Shown here: positions 41,470 to 49,881 of the stretch, piece after piece | Position numbering within the stretch: position 1 is the stretch's first letter | How the letters are laid out: the number at the start of each line of letters is the position of its first letter | NCBI GenBank assembly: GCA_036387455.1 | Contig: DASVTS010000050.1 | Coordinates: forward strand, 17,845-81,844 | Source of the DNA: Pyrinomonadaceae bacterium | Lineage (GTDB): Bacteria > Acidobacteriota > Blastocatellia > Pyrinomonadales > Pyrinomonadaceae | Direction: 5' to 3' | Length of the DNA stretch: 64,000 nt | Notes under the pieces: generated by a model | The model's input: the letters and a program-made list of their open reading frames with translations, nothing else | Told to the model about the DNA's origin: nothing | Database searches by the model: none | Program-made: the position numbers and the translations under genes

Positions 41470-42420
41470 TCAACGCGGAGGGGGCGCGGGCGTGCGGGCG
41501 TCGAGGCTCACCTTGACGTAGGGCGCGAGCAGCGCGTCCCAAGCCTTGTCGGCGCGCGCGTACTCGTCGGCGCAGCGCTCGGCGCGCCCCTCTGGCAGCA
41601 TGCCTTCTTTGACGAGCGAGGCGAACTTCTCGCCGTTCTGGCCGTAGAGCAGGCAGATGATGTTGTAGAAGCGCTGGCGGTCGAACGAGTGCTCGTCGGC
41701 GAAGGCCAGCTCGTCCAACTCCTCCTGCGTCTCGCCGGCGAAGGAGCGCGCGGCGTCGAGGACGGTCTGGTCGCCCTCCTCGGTGCCGTCGGCGAGCACG
41801 AGCACGGAGAGCTGGTCTACGGCGTCCTCCTCGCGCCCGGTGATGGGCAGGTCGTAGGCGTCCACGAGCGCGTGCCCCACCTCGTGGAAGAAGACGAAGG
41901 TGGTCGCGTTGCCGACCACGTCGTCCAGCTCCTCGTCGGTCTTGAAGTCGCCCTTGAAGGCTTCGTAGAGGTCTTCGACCAGCTCGTAGCAGACCGTGAC
42001 CTGCTTCTTCTCGGGGTCGTAGAAGGCGTTCGGCTCGTCGCACCGGTCGAAGCCGATGAAGATGTCGTGCGGCAGCGAGAAAGCCTTGTTCAGCTCGGCG
42101 GCCGCCTCTTCGAGCGACTTCTCCTCGTCCTCCACCTCGGCGCGCGTCTCGGCGTCCTCGCCCGGCGCCTGCGCGTGGCGCGCGACGCGGAAGTCGCCCT
42201 TGTCGGGCGCCTTCGTCACGTCCGGCGCGGGGGCGGCGGCGGGCGCGGCGGCGGTCGGCGCGGCGTTGGCGCCCGCGGCGGAGTTGGCGCCGCCGCCCGC
42301 GTCGAAGGGGCGGGCGCAGCCGCAGAGCGGCAGCGCGAGGGCGACGAGCAGCAGTAGTTTGAGGGGCGCGCTCCGCCGCGCGTCGGGTCGGGCGCGGTCG
42401 TGTGCGGGCGAAGTTTGCAA
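41470..42420 (-). CDS. lipoprotein, putative metallopeptidase (DUF4344-like, HExxH)
   Basis: 316 aa with lipobox LALPLCGC and the zinc motif FFHEVGHALVD. Confidence 0.6.
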   Translation of the reverse strand: MQTSPAHDRARPDARRSAPLKLLLLVALALPLCGCARPFDAGGGANSAAGANAAPTAAAPAAAPAPDVTKAPDKGDFRVARHAQAPGEDAETRAEVEDEEKSLEEAAAELNKAFSLPHDIFIGFDRCDEPNAFYDPEKKQVTVCYELVEDLYEAFKGDFKTDEELDDVVGNATTFVFFHEVGHALVDAYDLPITGREEDAVDQLSVLVLADGTEEGDQTVLDAARSFAGETQEELDELAFADEHSFDRQRFYNIICLLYGQNGEKFASLVKEGMLPEGRAERCADEYARADKAWDALLAPYVKVSLDARTPAPPPR

Positions 42421-42726
42421 GGCGTCTCACCTCTGCGGAAAACGGTCGGGGAAGCGCGCGCCGGCCCGCCCCGAAGGGCCGCGGCGACGGGTCATTCTGC
42501 ACGAGTTTCGCAACCTTGCCAAGCGCGTTCGGTTTAATGTATCGTGCCATTCTTGAATAGCCAGTTGCACAACTTGAGTGACCCTTTACGCGAGATTACC
42601 CCGCGCCCGGATTTTCGGCGGACTTTGCCCCGCCCCTCGCCGACGCCGCCCGAGACAGACGAATCACGTCCCCGACCGGAGCGCCGCGGTGTGCGAGGCG
42701 GGACAGCTTAAGGAGCGAGAGAAGAG

Positions 42727-43836
42727 ATGTTCAACGACGACGCGAGGAAGAGAGACGTAAAGACGCCGACCATCGTGGGCGAGGTCTGGCGCGACGGCGA
42801 GTTCATCAAGTGGGACGACGCGCACGTGCACGTCATGTCGCACGTCCTCCACTACGGGTCGAGCGTCTTCGAGGGCATACGCTGCTACAAGACGCGGCGC
42901 GGGCCGGCCGTCTTCCGCCTGCGCGAGCACATGCAGCGGCTCCTGAACTCGGCGAAGATTTACCGCATGTCGCACCCCTGGACGCTCGGCGAGCTGTGCG
43001 ACGCCGTGACGGGGCTCGTCGCGCGCAGCGGGCTCCAGCAGTGCTACGTCCGGCCCATCATGTTCCGCTCGCTCGACGAGGCGCGCCCCGCCTTCGGCGT
43101 CAACCCGTTCCCGAACCCGATGTCGTGCTACATCGGCGCGTGGGACTGGGGCAAGTACCTCGGCGATGAGGCCATCGAGCAGGGCGTGGACGTCTGCGTC
43201 TCCTCGTGGAACCGCCTGACGCCGAACTCGATGCCCGCGATGGCGAAGGCCGGCGCCAACTACATGAACTCGCAGCTCATCAAGATGGAGGCGCTGACGA
43301 ACGGCTACGCCGAGGGCATCGCGCTCGACGACCGCGGGTACGTCTCCGAAGGCTCGGGCGAGAACATCTTCCTCGTCCACGCCGGGAAGGTGATTACGCC
43401 GCCGCTCTCGTCCGCCATCCTCCCCGGCATCACGCGCGACAGCGTCATCGAGATTTGCCGCGCGCTGGAGATTCCCATCGTCGAGTCGGGCCTGCAGCGC
43501 GCCTCGCTCTACGTCGCCGACGAGCTGTTCTTCAGCGGCACCGCCGCCGAGGTCACGCCCATCCGCAGCGTCGACCGCATCCCCGTCGGCGAGGGGCGCC
43601 GCGGCCCCGTCACCGAGCGCATCCAGAAACTCTTCTTCGAAATCACCTCCGGCGAGCGCGAGGCGCCCGGCGACTGGCTCACCTTCGTCGGCGAGCAGAA
43701 GGCGGCCGGCGCGCCCGACGGCAACGGCCACAACGCCGCGCAGGCCCCCGAGGCGCGCAAGGCCGCGACCAACTCCGCGAACAGCTCCGCCGTCGGCGAC
43801 GCGCGCGCCGGCATCCACGTCACGCTGACCGAGTAG
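42727..43836 (+). CDS. ilvE: branched-chain amino acid aminotransferase (fold type IV) with an Ala/Gly/Asn-rich C-terminal extension
   Basis: 369 aa. HVLHYGSSVFEGIRCY, EGSGENIF and GITRDSVIEI are typical of class IV aminotransferases. About 60 extra C-terminal residues are low complexity. Confidence 0.85.
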   Translation: MFNDDARKRDVKTPTIVGEVWRDGEFIKWDDAHVHVMSHVLHYGSSVFEGIRCYKTRRGPAVFRLREHMQRLLNSAKIYRMSHPWTLGELCDAVTGLVARSGLQQCYVRPIMFRSLDEARPAFGVNPFPNPMSCYIGAWDWGKYLGDEAIEQGVDVCVSSWNRLTPNSMPAMAKAGANYMNSQLIKMEALTNGYAEGIALDDRGYVSEGSGENIFLVHAGKVITPPLSSAILPGITRDSVIEICRALEIPIVESGLQRASLYVADELFFSGTAAEVTPIRSVDRIPVGEGRRGPVTERIQKLFFEITSGEREAPGDWLTFVGEQKAAGAPDGNGHNAAQAPEARKAATNSANSSAVGDARAGIHVTLTE

Positions 43837-43951
43837 GCCGGGTCGCACAAACCTCCTTTTTCCGGGGCGCACGCTCGCGAGGGCGCTGCGCCCCTCGCCT
43901 TTCCCGAATTTTCGCGCCTTTCCCCGCCAAAAACGCGCCGAAACTTGTGTG

Positions 43952-43981
43952 TTGACGCTCGTTCGGGCGGCGGCATAGAAT
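43952..43981 (+). promoter_or_regulatory. candidate sigma-70-type promoter upstream of pilT
   Basis: TTGACG (43952-43957), 18 nt, TAGAAT (43976-43981). This would give a leader of about 170 nt. Confidence 0.4.
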
Positions 43982-44152
43982 GTTTGTACGCGTCGGCGCC
44001 CCGGCGACGCCCGAGACGCCGCCCCGCCGCAATCCACCCGGCGCAACAACCCGAGATTCAGCCAACGAAATGAGCGAAGCGCGCCGGCCGTCTGCCCGCC
44101 GGCCGCTTCGGCACCGAGCCCCGCCTCGCCGCGAACGCCACAGAGACCAGAC

Positions 44153-45301
44153 ATGCCTGTCAAAATCGACGAACTCCTGCGCGCCGCCACGCACCTCGGC
44201 GCCTCCGACCTCCACTGCAAGGCCGGCTCGCAGCCCTTCATGCGCATCGGGGGCGAGCTGCGCCCCGTCGCCAACACGCCGCGCCTCACGCAGGAGGACA
44301 CGCTCGACATGGCCTTCTCCATGATGAGCAACCGGCAGAAGCAGAAGTTCAAGGAGGTCTCGGAGGCCGACATCGCCTACGGCGTCTCCGGGCTCGGGCG
44401 CTTCCGCGCCAACATCTTCCAGCAGCGCGGCACCGTGGGCATGGTGCTCAGGGTCATCCCCGACAAGGTGCGCACCATCGCCGAGCTGGGCCTGCCGCCC
44501 GTCATCGAGCGCGTCGCCGAGGAGCAGCGCGGCCTCATCCTCGTCACCGGCACCACGGGCTCGGGCAAGTCCACCACGCTCGCCGCGATGATCGACCACA
44601 TCAACACCAACCGCGGCGGCCACCTCATCACCATCGAAGACCCGATAGAGTTCCTCCACCGCGACAAGCGCTCCTTCGTCACGCAGCGCGAGGTGGACGT
44701 GGACACGCGCTCGTTCGCCGAGGCGCTGCGCGGCGCGCTCCGCCAGGACCCGGACGTCATCCTCGTCGGCGAGATGCGCGACCACGAGACCATCGAGACG
44801 GCGCTGACCGCGGCCGAGACCGGCCACCTCGTCCTCTCGACGCTCCACACGCTCGACGCGACCGAGACCATCCGGCGCATCGTCTCGTCCTTCCCGCCGT
44901 ACCAGCAGAAGTCGGTCCGCATCCAGCTCGCCGGCATCCTGCGCGCGGTCGTCTCGATGCGACTCGTGCGCGCCGCCGACGGCGAGGGGCGCGTCCCGGC
45001 CGCCGAGGTGATGATCTCGACCGGCCTCATCCGCGACTACATCATCAACGAGGAGAAGACCTCGCTCATCCGCGACGCCATCGCCTCCGGCACCAGCCAG
45101 TACGGGATGCAGACCTTCGACCAGTCGCTCTTCACGCTCTACCGCTCGGGGCACATCGCCTTCGAGGAGGCGCTGCGCGGCGCGTCGAACCCGGACGAGT
45201 TCCGGCTCCGCGCCTCCGGCATCCGCTCGGCCTCCGACCAGGCGAAGGAGGACATGGAGCGCGTCACCACCGTCACCAACGGCGCGCACCGCGACAGATG
45301 A
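44153..45301 (+). CDS. pilT: type IV pilus twitching-motility ATPase PilT
   Basis: 382 aa with Walker A GTTGSGKSTT, LRQDPDVILVGEMRD and the His box TGHLVLSTLHT. Confidence 0.9.
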   Translation: MPVKIDELLRAATHLGASDLHCKAGSQPFMRIGGELRPVANTPRLTQEDTLDMAFSMMSNRQKQKFKEVSEADIAYGVSGLGRFRANIFQQRGTVGMVLRVIPDKVRTIAELGLPPVIERVAEEQRGLILVTGTTGSGKSTTLAAMIDHINTNRGGHLITIEDPIEFLHRDKRSFVTQREVDVDTRSFAEALRGALRQDPDVILVGEMRDHETIETALTAAETGHLVLSTLHTLDATETIRRIVSSFPPYQQKSVRIQLAGILRAVVSMRLVRAADGEGRVPAAEVMISTGLIRDYIINEEKTSLIRDAIASGTSQYGMQTFDQSLFTLYRSGHIAFEEALRGASNPDEFRLRASGIRSASDQAKEDMERVTTVTNGAHRDR

Positions 45302-45306
45302 AAGAC

Positions 45307-45373
45307 AGGGGCTAGGGGCTAGTTAAGAGTTAATCTCCTAACTAGCCCCTGGCCCCTAGCCCCTAGCCCCTAG
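45307..45373 (+). terminator. CCCCTAG-class heptamer hairpin 6 nt after the pilT stop
   Basis: The left arm is AGGGGCTAGGGGCTAGTTAAGAG (45307-45329). The right arm is CTCCTAACTAGCCCCTGGCCCCTAGCCCCTAGCCCCTAG (ending 45373), with four tandem CT(A/G)GCCC units against two in the left arm. It is followed by TTTGCTTTTGCC. Confidence 0.7.
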
Positions 45374-45380
45374 TTTGCTT

Positions 45381-45409
45381 TTGCCTTAGCCCTGCCTAGT
45401 TGTTAGAAT
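45381..45409 (+). promoter_or_regulatory. candidate sigma-70-type promoter upstream of the Ser/Thr kinase gene
   Basis: TTGCCT (45381-45386), 17 nt, TAGAAT (45404-45409). A second TAGAAT lies at 45432-45437. Confidence 0.4.
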
Positions 45410-45511
45410 TTTTCGCGCGACGACACCGGCGGTAGAATTGCCTTCGCTTTGTCCCGTCTCCTCTGAAAAAGGCTTGAGGTCTTACGAGCGTGTGTCGCGC
45501 GAGCCGCCTGA

Positions 45512-48118
45512 ATGAAAGAGTGTCCGGCCTGTCATCGCTGCTTCGCAGACCAGCTCAACCACTGTCCGAGCGACGGTGACCGCCTGAATTTTCTCATCAG
45601 CCTCGACACCACGCTCGACGAGCGCTACCTGCTGGAGCGCAAGCTCGGGCAGGGCGGCATGGGGCTCGTCTTCAAGGCGCACCACAAGTTCATCAAGACG
45701 CAGCACGCCATCAAGGTCATCCTCCCCGACCTCGTCGGCAACGACCCCTCGCTCGTCGCGCGCTTCCGCCAGGAGGCGATGGCCGCGGCCGCCATCCGCC
45801 ACCCCAACACCGTCAGCGTCACCGACTACGGCATCCTCGGCGGGACGACCCCCTACCTCGTGATGGAGTTCGTCGAGGGGCGCTCGCTCCACGACCTCCT
45901 CTCCGAGGAGAAGCGCCTGACGCCCGAGGCGGCCGTCGAAATCATGCTCGCCGTCTGCGCGGGCGTCGCCGCCGCGCACCGGCAAGGGATAGTCCACCGC
46001 GACCTCAAGCCCCTGAACATCATGCTCCGCCCCGGGGTGCCGCCGGGCGAGAGTTTGAAGGTGCTCGACTTCGGGCTCGCTAAAATCAAATCGGGCGAGC
46101 TGCTCGGCTCCTTCGTCGCGGCGCAGACGCAGGGGATGATGGGCTCGCCCTTCTACATGGCGCCCGAGCAGTGGGGCGACGATGACATCGACGTCCGCGC
46201 CGACATCTACAGCCTGGGCGTCATCCTCTACCAGATGATCGCGGGCGACGTGCCCTTCAAGGGCAAGTCCGTCCCCTCGATTATGAGCATGCACCTCAAC
46301 GCGGCGCCCGTCCCGCTCGCGGAGCGCGGGGTGGAGGTGCCGCCGCCCTTGGAGCGCGCCGTCCGGCACGCGCTCGAAAAAGACCCCGAGAAGCGCCCGC
46401 ACTCGGTCGAGGAGTTCGCGGCGGAGCTGCGCGAGGCCATGCCGCAACTGAACGGCAACGCGGCCCTGCGCGAGCCCGGCGCGACGACCGTGCAGATCGG
46501 CCCCGCCGACACGACCGGCCTCAAGGGCGGCGGGGGGCACACGACGGGCGCGCAGGCCGGGAGCCAGGAGAACCTGAACACCGTCGCCGGCTCGCCCGGC
46601 GTGCTCGACACGGGCGCGCTCGAAGAGGCGCCCGCGCGGCCCGGCGCGTCCACCGTCGCGGAGTTCCCCGCGGCGCACGGCGCCGACACGGCCAGCCACG
46701 GCCGCGCGCAGCAGACCGTCGGCGGTTTCGGCGCGGGCGGCGGCGCGTCCACACAGCACGGCTCCCAGGAGGCGCTGACCGAGCCGCTGCCCGCCTCGCC
46801 CGAAGCGCTCCGCGCCCTCGAAGAGAGTCGAAACGCGGAGGCTTTGCGCCGCCGCGAAGAGGAGGAGCGGCTCGCGCGGCAGGCCGAAGAGCGCGCGCGG
46901 CTCGAAGCGCAGGAGCGGGAGCGGGCGGAGGCCGAGCAGCGCCGCCGTCAGGAGGCGGAAGCGCAGCAGCGCCGCGAGGCCGAAGAGCAGCAGAGGCGTC
47001 TTGCCGAAGAGCGGCAGAGGCTTGAGGCGGAAGAGCGCGAGCGGCGCGAGCTTGAGGAGCGCAGGCGGCGCGAGGCGGAAGAGAATCGGCGGCGCGAGGC
47101 CGAGGAGCGGGCGGCGCGGGACGAGCGCGCGGCGGCACCCGCGGCCGGCGCCGCCGCCGCCCCGGCGCGTTCGCGCGGGCCGCTCGTCGCGGTCGGGGCG
47201 GTCGTCCTGCTGGCGCTGCTCGCCGTCGCCGGCGTCGGCGGCTACCTTCTGCTCCGCCGCCCCGGCTCGCAGAACACGAACGGCGCGGCCAACGCGAACG
47301 CGGCGGCGGACGTCAACGCCAACGCTAACGCCGCGGTCGGCGGCGCGAACGAGAACGGCGGCGGCACTTCGGCGCGCGCGGACCTGCTCTGGATTCCCGG
47401 CGGCAGCTTCCAGATGGGGCGGTCGGACGTGCCCCCGATCACGGACGAGCTGAAGTCGCGCCGCGCGGCGTACCTGCTCTGGATGTACAGCCAGTGGCCC
47501 GCGCACGAGGTCAGCGTCGGCCCGTTCGCCATCGACCGGACGGAGGTCACCAACGCCGAGTACGCCGACTTCGTCAAGGAGACGGGGCACGCGCCCCCGC
47601 CCGGCGTCTGGGAGGGCGAAGGGCCGGGCGAAGGTCTCGCGCGGCTGCCCGTCTCGAACGTCACCTACGAGGACGCGCGCGCGTTCGCGGCGTGGCGCTC
47701 GAAGCGCGACGGCGTGACCTACCGCCTGCCGACCGAGGAGGAGTGGGAGTACGCGGCGCGCGGCGGCGACTCGGCGCGCGCCTACCCGTGGGGGCCGGAG
47801 TGGTCGCCCGGCTACGCCAACCTCGGCGGCGCGGGCGCGGCGCCCGTCGGCTCGTTTCCGCTGGGGCGGACGCCGCAGGGGCTCGACGACATGATCGGCA
47901 ACGTCTGGGAGTGGACGTCCTCCGAGGCTTCGATGTACAAAGGTAACGACCGGACGGCGCTCGCCGCGGAAGACCGCGGCAAGGTGGTCGCGCGCGGCGG
48001 CTCCTTCAAGAGCCGGCCCGACGGCGACGAGCCCGTCACCGTCACCGCGCGCCGCTGGCTCCCGCGCGGCTTCCGCGACCCCGTCCTCGGCTTCCGCCTC
48101 GTGCGCGCCGAACAGTGA
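45512..48118 (+). CDS. Ser/Thr protein kinase fused to a Glu/Arg-rich coiled coil, a TM segment and a C-terminal FGE-sulfatase (SUMF1-like) domain
   Basis: 868 aa. It starts with a Cys4 ribbon (MKECPACHRCF...HCPSDG). The Hanks kinase motifs are HRDLKPLN, DFGLAK and PFYMAPE. An ER-rich stretch (about residues 430-530) precedes the TM segment LVAVGAVVLLALLAVAGVGGYLLL. The FGE-type C-terminus has DRTEVTNAEYADF, YRLPTEEEWEYAARGG and RGGSF. Confidence 0.85.
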   Translation: MKECPACHRCFADQLNHCPSDGDRLNFLISLDTTLDERYLLERKLGQGGMGLVFKAHHKFIKTQHAIKVILPDLVGNDPSLVARFRQEAMAAAAIRHPNTVSVTDYGILGGTTPYLVMEFVEGRSLHDLLSEEKRLTPEAAVEIMLAVCAGVAAAHRQGIVHRDLKPLNIMLRPGVPPGESLKVLDFGLAKIKSGELLGSFVAAQTQGMMGSPFYMAPEQWGDDDIDVRADIYSLGVILYQMIAGDVPFKGKSVPSIMSMHLNAAPVPLAERGVEVPPPLERAVRHALEKDPEKRPHSVEEFAAELREAMPQLNGNAALREPGATTVQIGPADTTGLKGGGGHTTGAQAGSQENLNTVAGSPGVLDTGALEEAPARPGASTVAEFPAAHGADTASHGRAQQTVGGFGAGGGASTQHGSQEALTEPLPASPEALRALEESRNAEALRRREEEERLARQAEERARLEAQERERAEAEQRRRQEAEAQQRREAEEQQRRLAEERQRLEAEERERRELEERRRREAEENRRREAEERAARDERAAAPAAGAAAAPARSRGPLVAVGAVVLLALLAVAGVGGYLLLRRPGSQNTNGAANANAAADVNANANAAVGGANENGGGTSARADLLWIPGGSFQMGRSDVPPITDELKSRRAAYLLWMYSQWPAHEVSVGPFAIDRTEVTNAEYADFVKETGHAPPPGVWEGEGPGEGLARLPVSNVTYEDARAFAAWRSKRDGVTYRLPTEEEWEYAARGGDSARAYPWGPEWSPGYANLGGAGAAPVGSFPLGRTPQGLDDMIGNVWEWTSSEASMYKGNDRTALAAEDRGKVVARGGSFKSRPDGDEPVTVTARRWLPRGFRDPVLGFRLVRAEQ

Positions 48119-48159
48119 GGGCGGCCCCGTTTCTAAACTTTAAGGCACTCATCAGGATT

Positions 48160-48846
48160 ATGAAGAAGTCAGTCGGCAAGAACGGAAGTATCTGGACGCG
48201 CGCGCGGGTCGCCCTGGCGTGCGCGGCCTTCGTCGCCACGGCGCTCGTCGCCTCCAACTGCAAGTCGAACGACACGGCGAACCTCCCGTCCGACACGGGC
48301 GCGAAGTCGAACCAGGGCGTCAAGCCGCAGGTCACCATCACCTCGAACCAGGGCGGGCAGCCGCAGCAGCCCCGGCCGCCGCAGCCGGCGCAGCTCGACA
48401 CGGTGCCCGCCGCCGCCTGGAACGCCGAACTCAAGGCCGTGGACGGCTCCTCCTTCCGCCTCTCCGACTACAAGGACAAGGTCGTGGTGCTCGACCTCTG
48501 GGCCACCTGGTGCGGCCCGTGCCGGATGGAAATCCCGCACCTCGTCGAGCTGTCGGAGGAGTACAAGGGCAAGGGCGTGGAGGTCGTCGGGCTGACGACC
48601 GAGGACCCGGAGGAGGACGCCGAGAAGGTGCGCGACTTCGCAAAGGAGTTCAAGATCAACTACAAGCTCGGCTGGTCGCCGCGCGACGTCTCGCTGGCGC
48701 TGATGAACGGCAACACGAGCATCCCGCAGACCTTCGTCATCGCCCCCGGCGGCCGCATCGTCACCAAGTTCCGCGGCTTCAGCACCCAAATCCCCGACAT
48801 GATCCGCACCGCCATCGGCAGGGCCAGCGAGAAGACGGGAGACTGA
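48160..48846 (+). CDS. TlpA-like thiol:disulfide oxidoreductase lipoprotein (thioredoxin fold)
   Basis: 228 aa from the ATG at 48160 (MKKSVGKNG...ALVASNC lipobox-like). The active site is WATWCGPC. Confidence 0.8.
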   Translation: MKKSVGKNGSIWTRARVALACAAFVATALVASNCKSNDTANLPSDTGAKSNQGVKPQVTITSNQGGQPQQPRPPQPAQLDTVPAAAWNAELKAVDGSSFRLSDYKDKVVVLDLWATWCGPCRMEIPHLVELSEEYKGKGVEVVGLTTEDPEEDAEKVRDFAKEFKINYKLGWSPRDVSLALMNGNTSIPQTFVIAPGGRIVTKFRGFSTQIPDMIRTAIGRASEKTGD

Positions 48847-48850
48847 AGAA

Positions 48851-48964
48851 GGCAAAAGTAAAAAGGCAAAAGGCAAAAGTGAGGAGGGAACTTATTTCAA
48901 AGTTCCGCGCGCCGCAGGCGCGTCCACACTTTTGCCTTTTGCCTTTTGCCTTTTTGCCTTTTCC
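48851..48964. repeat. GGCAAAA-class heptamer hairpin with a structured loop, between convergent stops
   Basis: The left arm is GGCAAAA GTAAAAA GGCAAAA GGCAAAA GTG (48851-48881). The right arm is CAC TTTTGCC TTTTGCC TTTTGCC TTTTTGCC TTTTCC (48926-48964). The loop holds two small hairpins, GGAACTT/AAGTTCC (48887-48906) and CGCGCC/GGCGCG (48908-48922). Confidence 0.8.
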
Positions 48965-48965
48965 C

Positions 48966-49187
48966 TTACTCCTCCCCCCGCTGCTCTTCGAGCTCGCGCT
49001 CGCCCTCTTCGCGCAGTTGGCGGCCCTCGCGCTCCAGCTCGGTGTTCTGCGTGCCCTGCGCCACGGACTCGCGCGCGGCGCCTTCGAGGCGCTTCATCTC
49101 GGCCTCGACGCGCCCCTCGACCTCGTCCATCGGCGGTATCTCGCCCGTCTCTTCCTGCGTCACGAATTTGCCCTTCGAGTCTTCCAT
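48966..49187 (-). CDS. hypothetical small acidic protein
   Basis: 73 aa, MEDSKGKFVTQEETGEIPPMDEVEG...EEQRGEE. Codons are GC3-rich and consistent with the host. No family was recognised. Confidence 0.5.
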   Translation of the reverse strand: MEDSKGKFVTQEETGEIPPMDEVEGRVEAEMKRLEGAARESVAQGTQNTELEREGRQLREEGERELEEQRGEE

Positions 49188-49391
49188 CGCGGTTCACCTC
49201 TTCAGATTCCGAAAGATTGCTAAGGGGGTTTTGAGGCTGCATCCTCTCATCCCGCGCGCCCCGCGGTCAAATCGTTTGCCCGCCCCGAGCCGCTTGTCTT
49301 ATACTCGCGCGCGAACCGAGCCGCCGTGCCCCTTTGCCTCACCGGCCTCAGGCGCCGCCGCCTCGGAACATGACCCGGAGGTTCCCCCGAA

Positions 49392-49841
49392 ATGTCCGAC
49401 GACATCCGCCGCCTGATTAAGAACGGCCAAGAGACCATCGTCCGCACCTGGACGGAGAAGGTGGCCGCCGACCGCCGCGTCGCCTCGGACGAGAGGCTCT
49501 CCTACCTCCAGCTCGTCGACCACATCCCGCAGATCGTCGAGGAGCTGCACGACGCGCTCGGCGGCGGCCGGAGCGAAGAGCCGTCGGCGCTCTGCGAGGG
49601 CCGCGAGCACGGACGCCAGCGCTGGCGCCAGGGCTACGAGCTGAAGGAGGTCGTCCGCGAATTGACGCTCCTGCGCGTCACGCTCGTCGAGTTCATCGAG
49701 CTGTACCGCGGCGCGCTCCCCGCCCGCACCCCCGACGAGCTGACCCGCTCCTTCCACCGCATCAACGTCTTCATGGACGACGAAATCTACCGCACCGTCG
49801 AAGCCTACCTCGACGCCTCCCGCAACCCGCAGGCGAACTGA
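49392..49841 (+). CDS. hypothetical regulator-like protein (RsbRD N-terminal-like helical domain)
   Basis: 149 aa. IVRTWTEKV...LVDHIPQIVEELHDAL...HGRQRWRQGYELKEVVRELTLLR resembles the N-terminal sensor domains of RsbR/histidine-kinase-like proteins. The assignment is tentative. Confidence 0.5.
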   Translation: MSDDIRRLIKNGQETIVRTWTEKVAADRRVASDERLSYLQLVDHIPQIVEELHDALGGGRSEEPSALCEGREHGRQRWRQGYELKEVVRELTLLRVTLVEFIELYRGALPARTPDELTRSFHRINVFMDDEIYRTVEAYLDASRNPQAN

Positions 49842-49843
49842 CC

Positions 49844-49881
49844 GGAGGACGAAGGCGGAAGGATGAAGGGTGAAGTGAAGG
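49844..49881. repeat. solo GAAGGNN heptamer run related to the 1447-1522 element, spanning the copA start codon
   Basis: The run is GGAGGAC GAAGGCG GAAGGAT GAAGGGT GAAGTGA AGG. It shares GAAGGCGGAAGGA(C/T)GAAGG with the reverse complement of the right arm at 1489-1522. Only a short possible partner (CCCCTTCATCC, 49893-49903) lies downstream. Confidence 0.6.

Noticed and set aside
46790-47140. Apparent DNA-level repetitiveness (GAGGCGGAAG, GAAGAGCG motifs) inside the kinase gene.
   Set aside because: It is explained by the Glu/Arg/Ala-rich coiled-coil coding region. The frame is continuous with the kinase and FGE domains.
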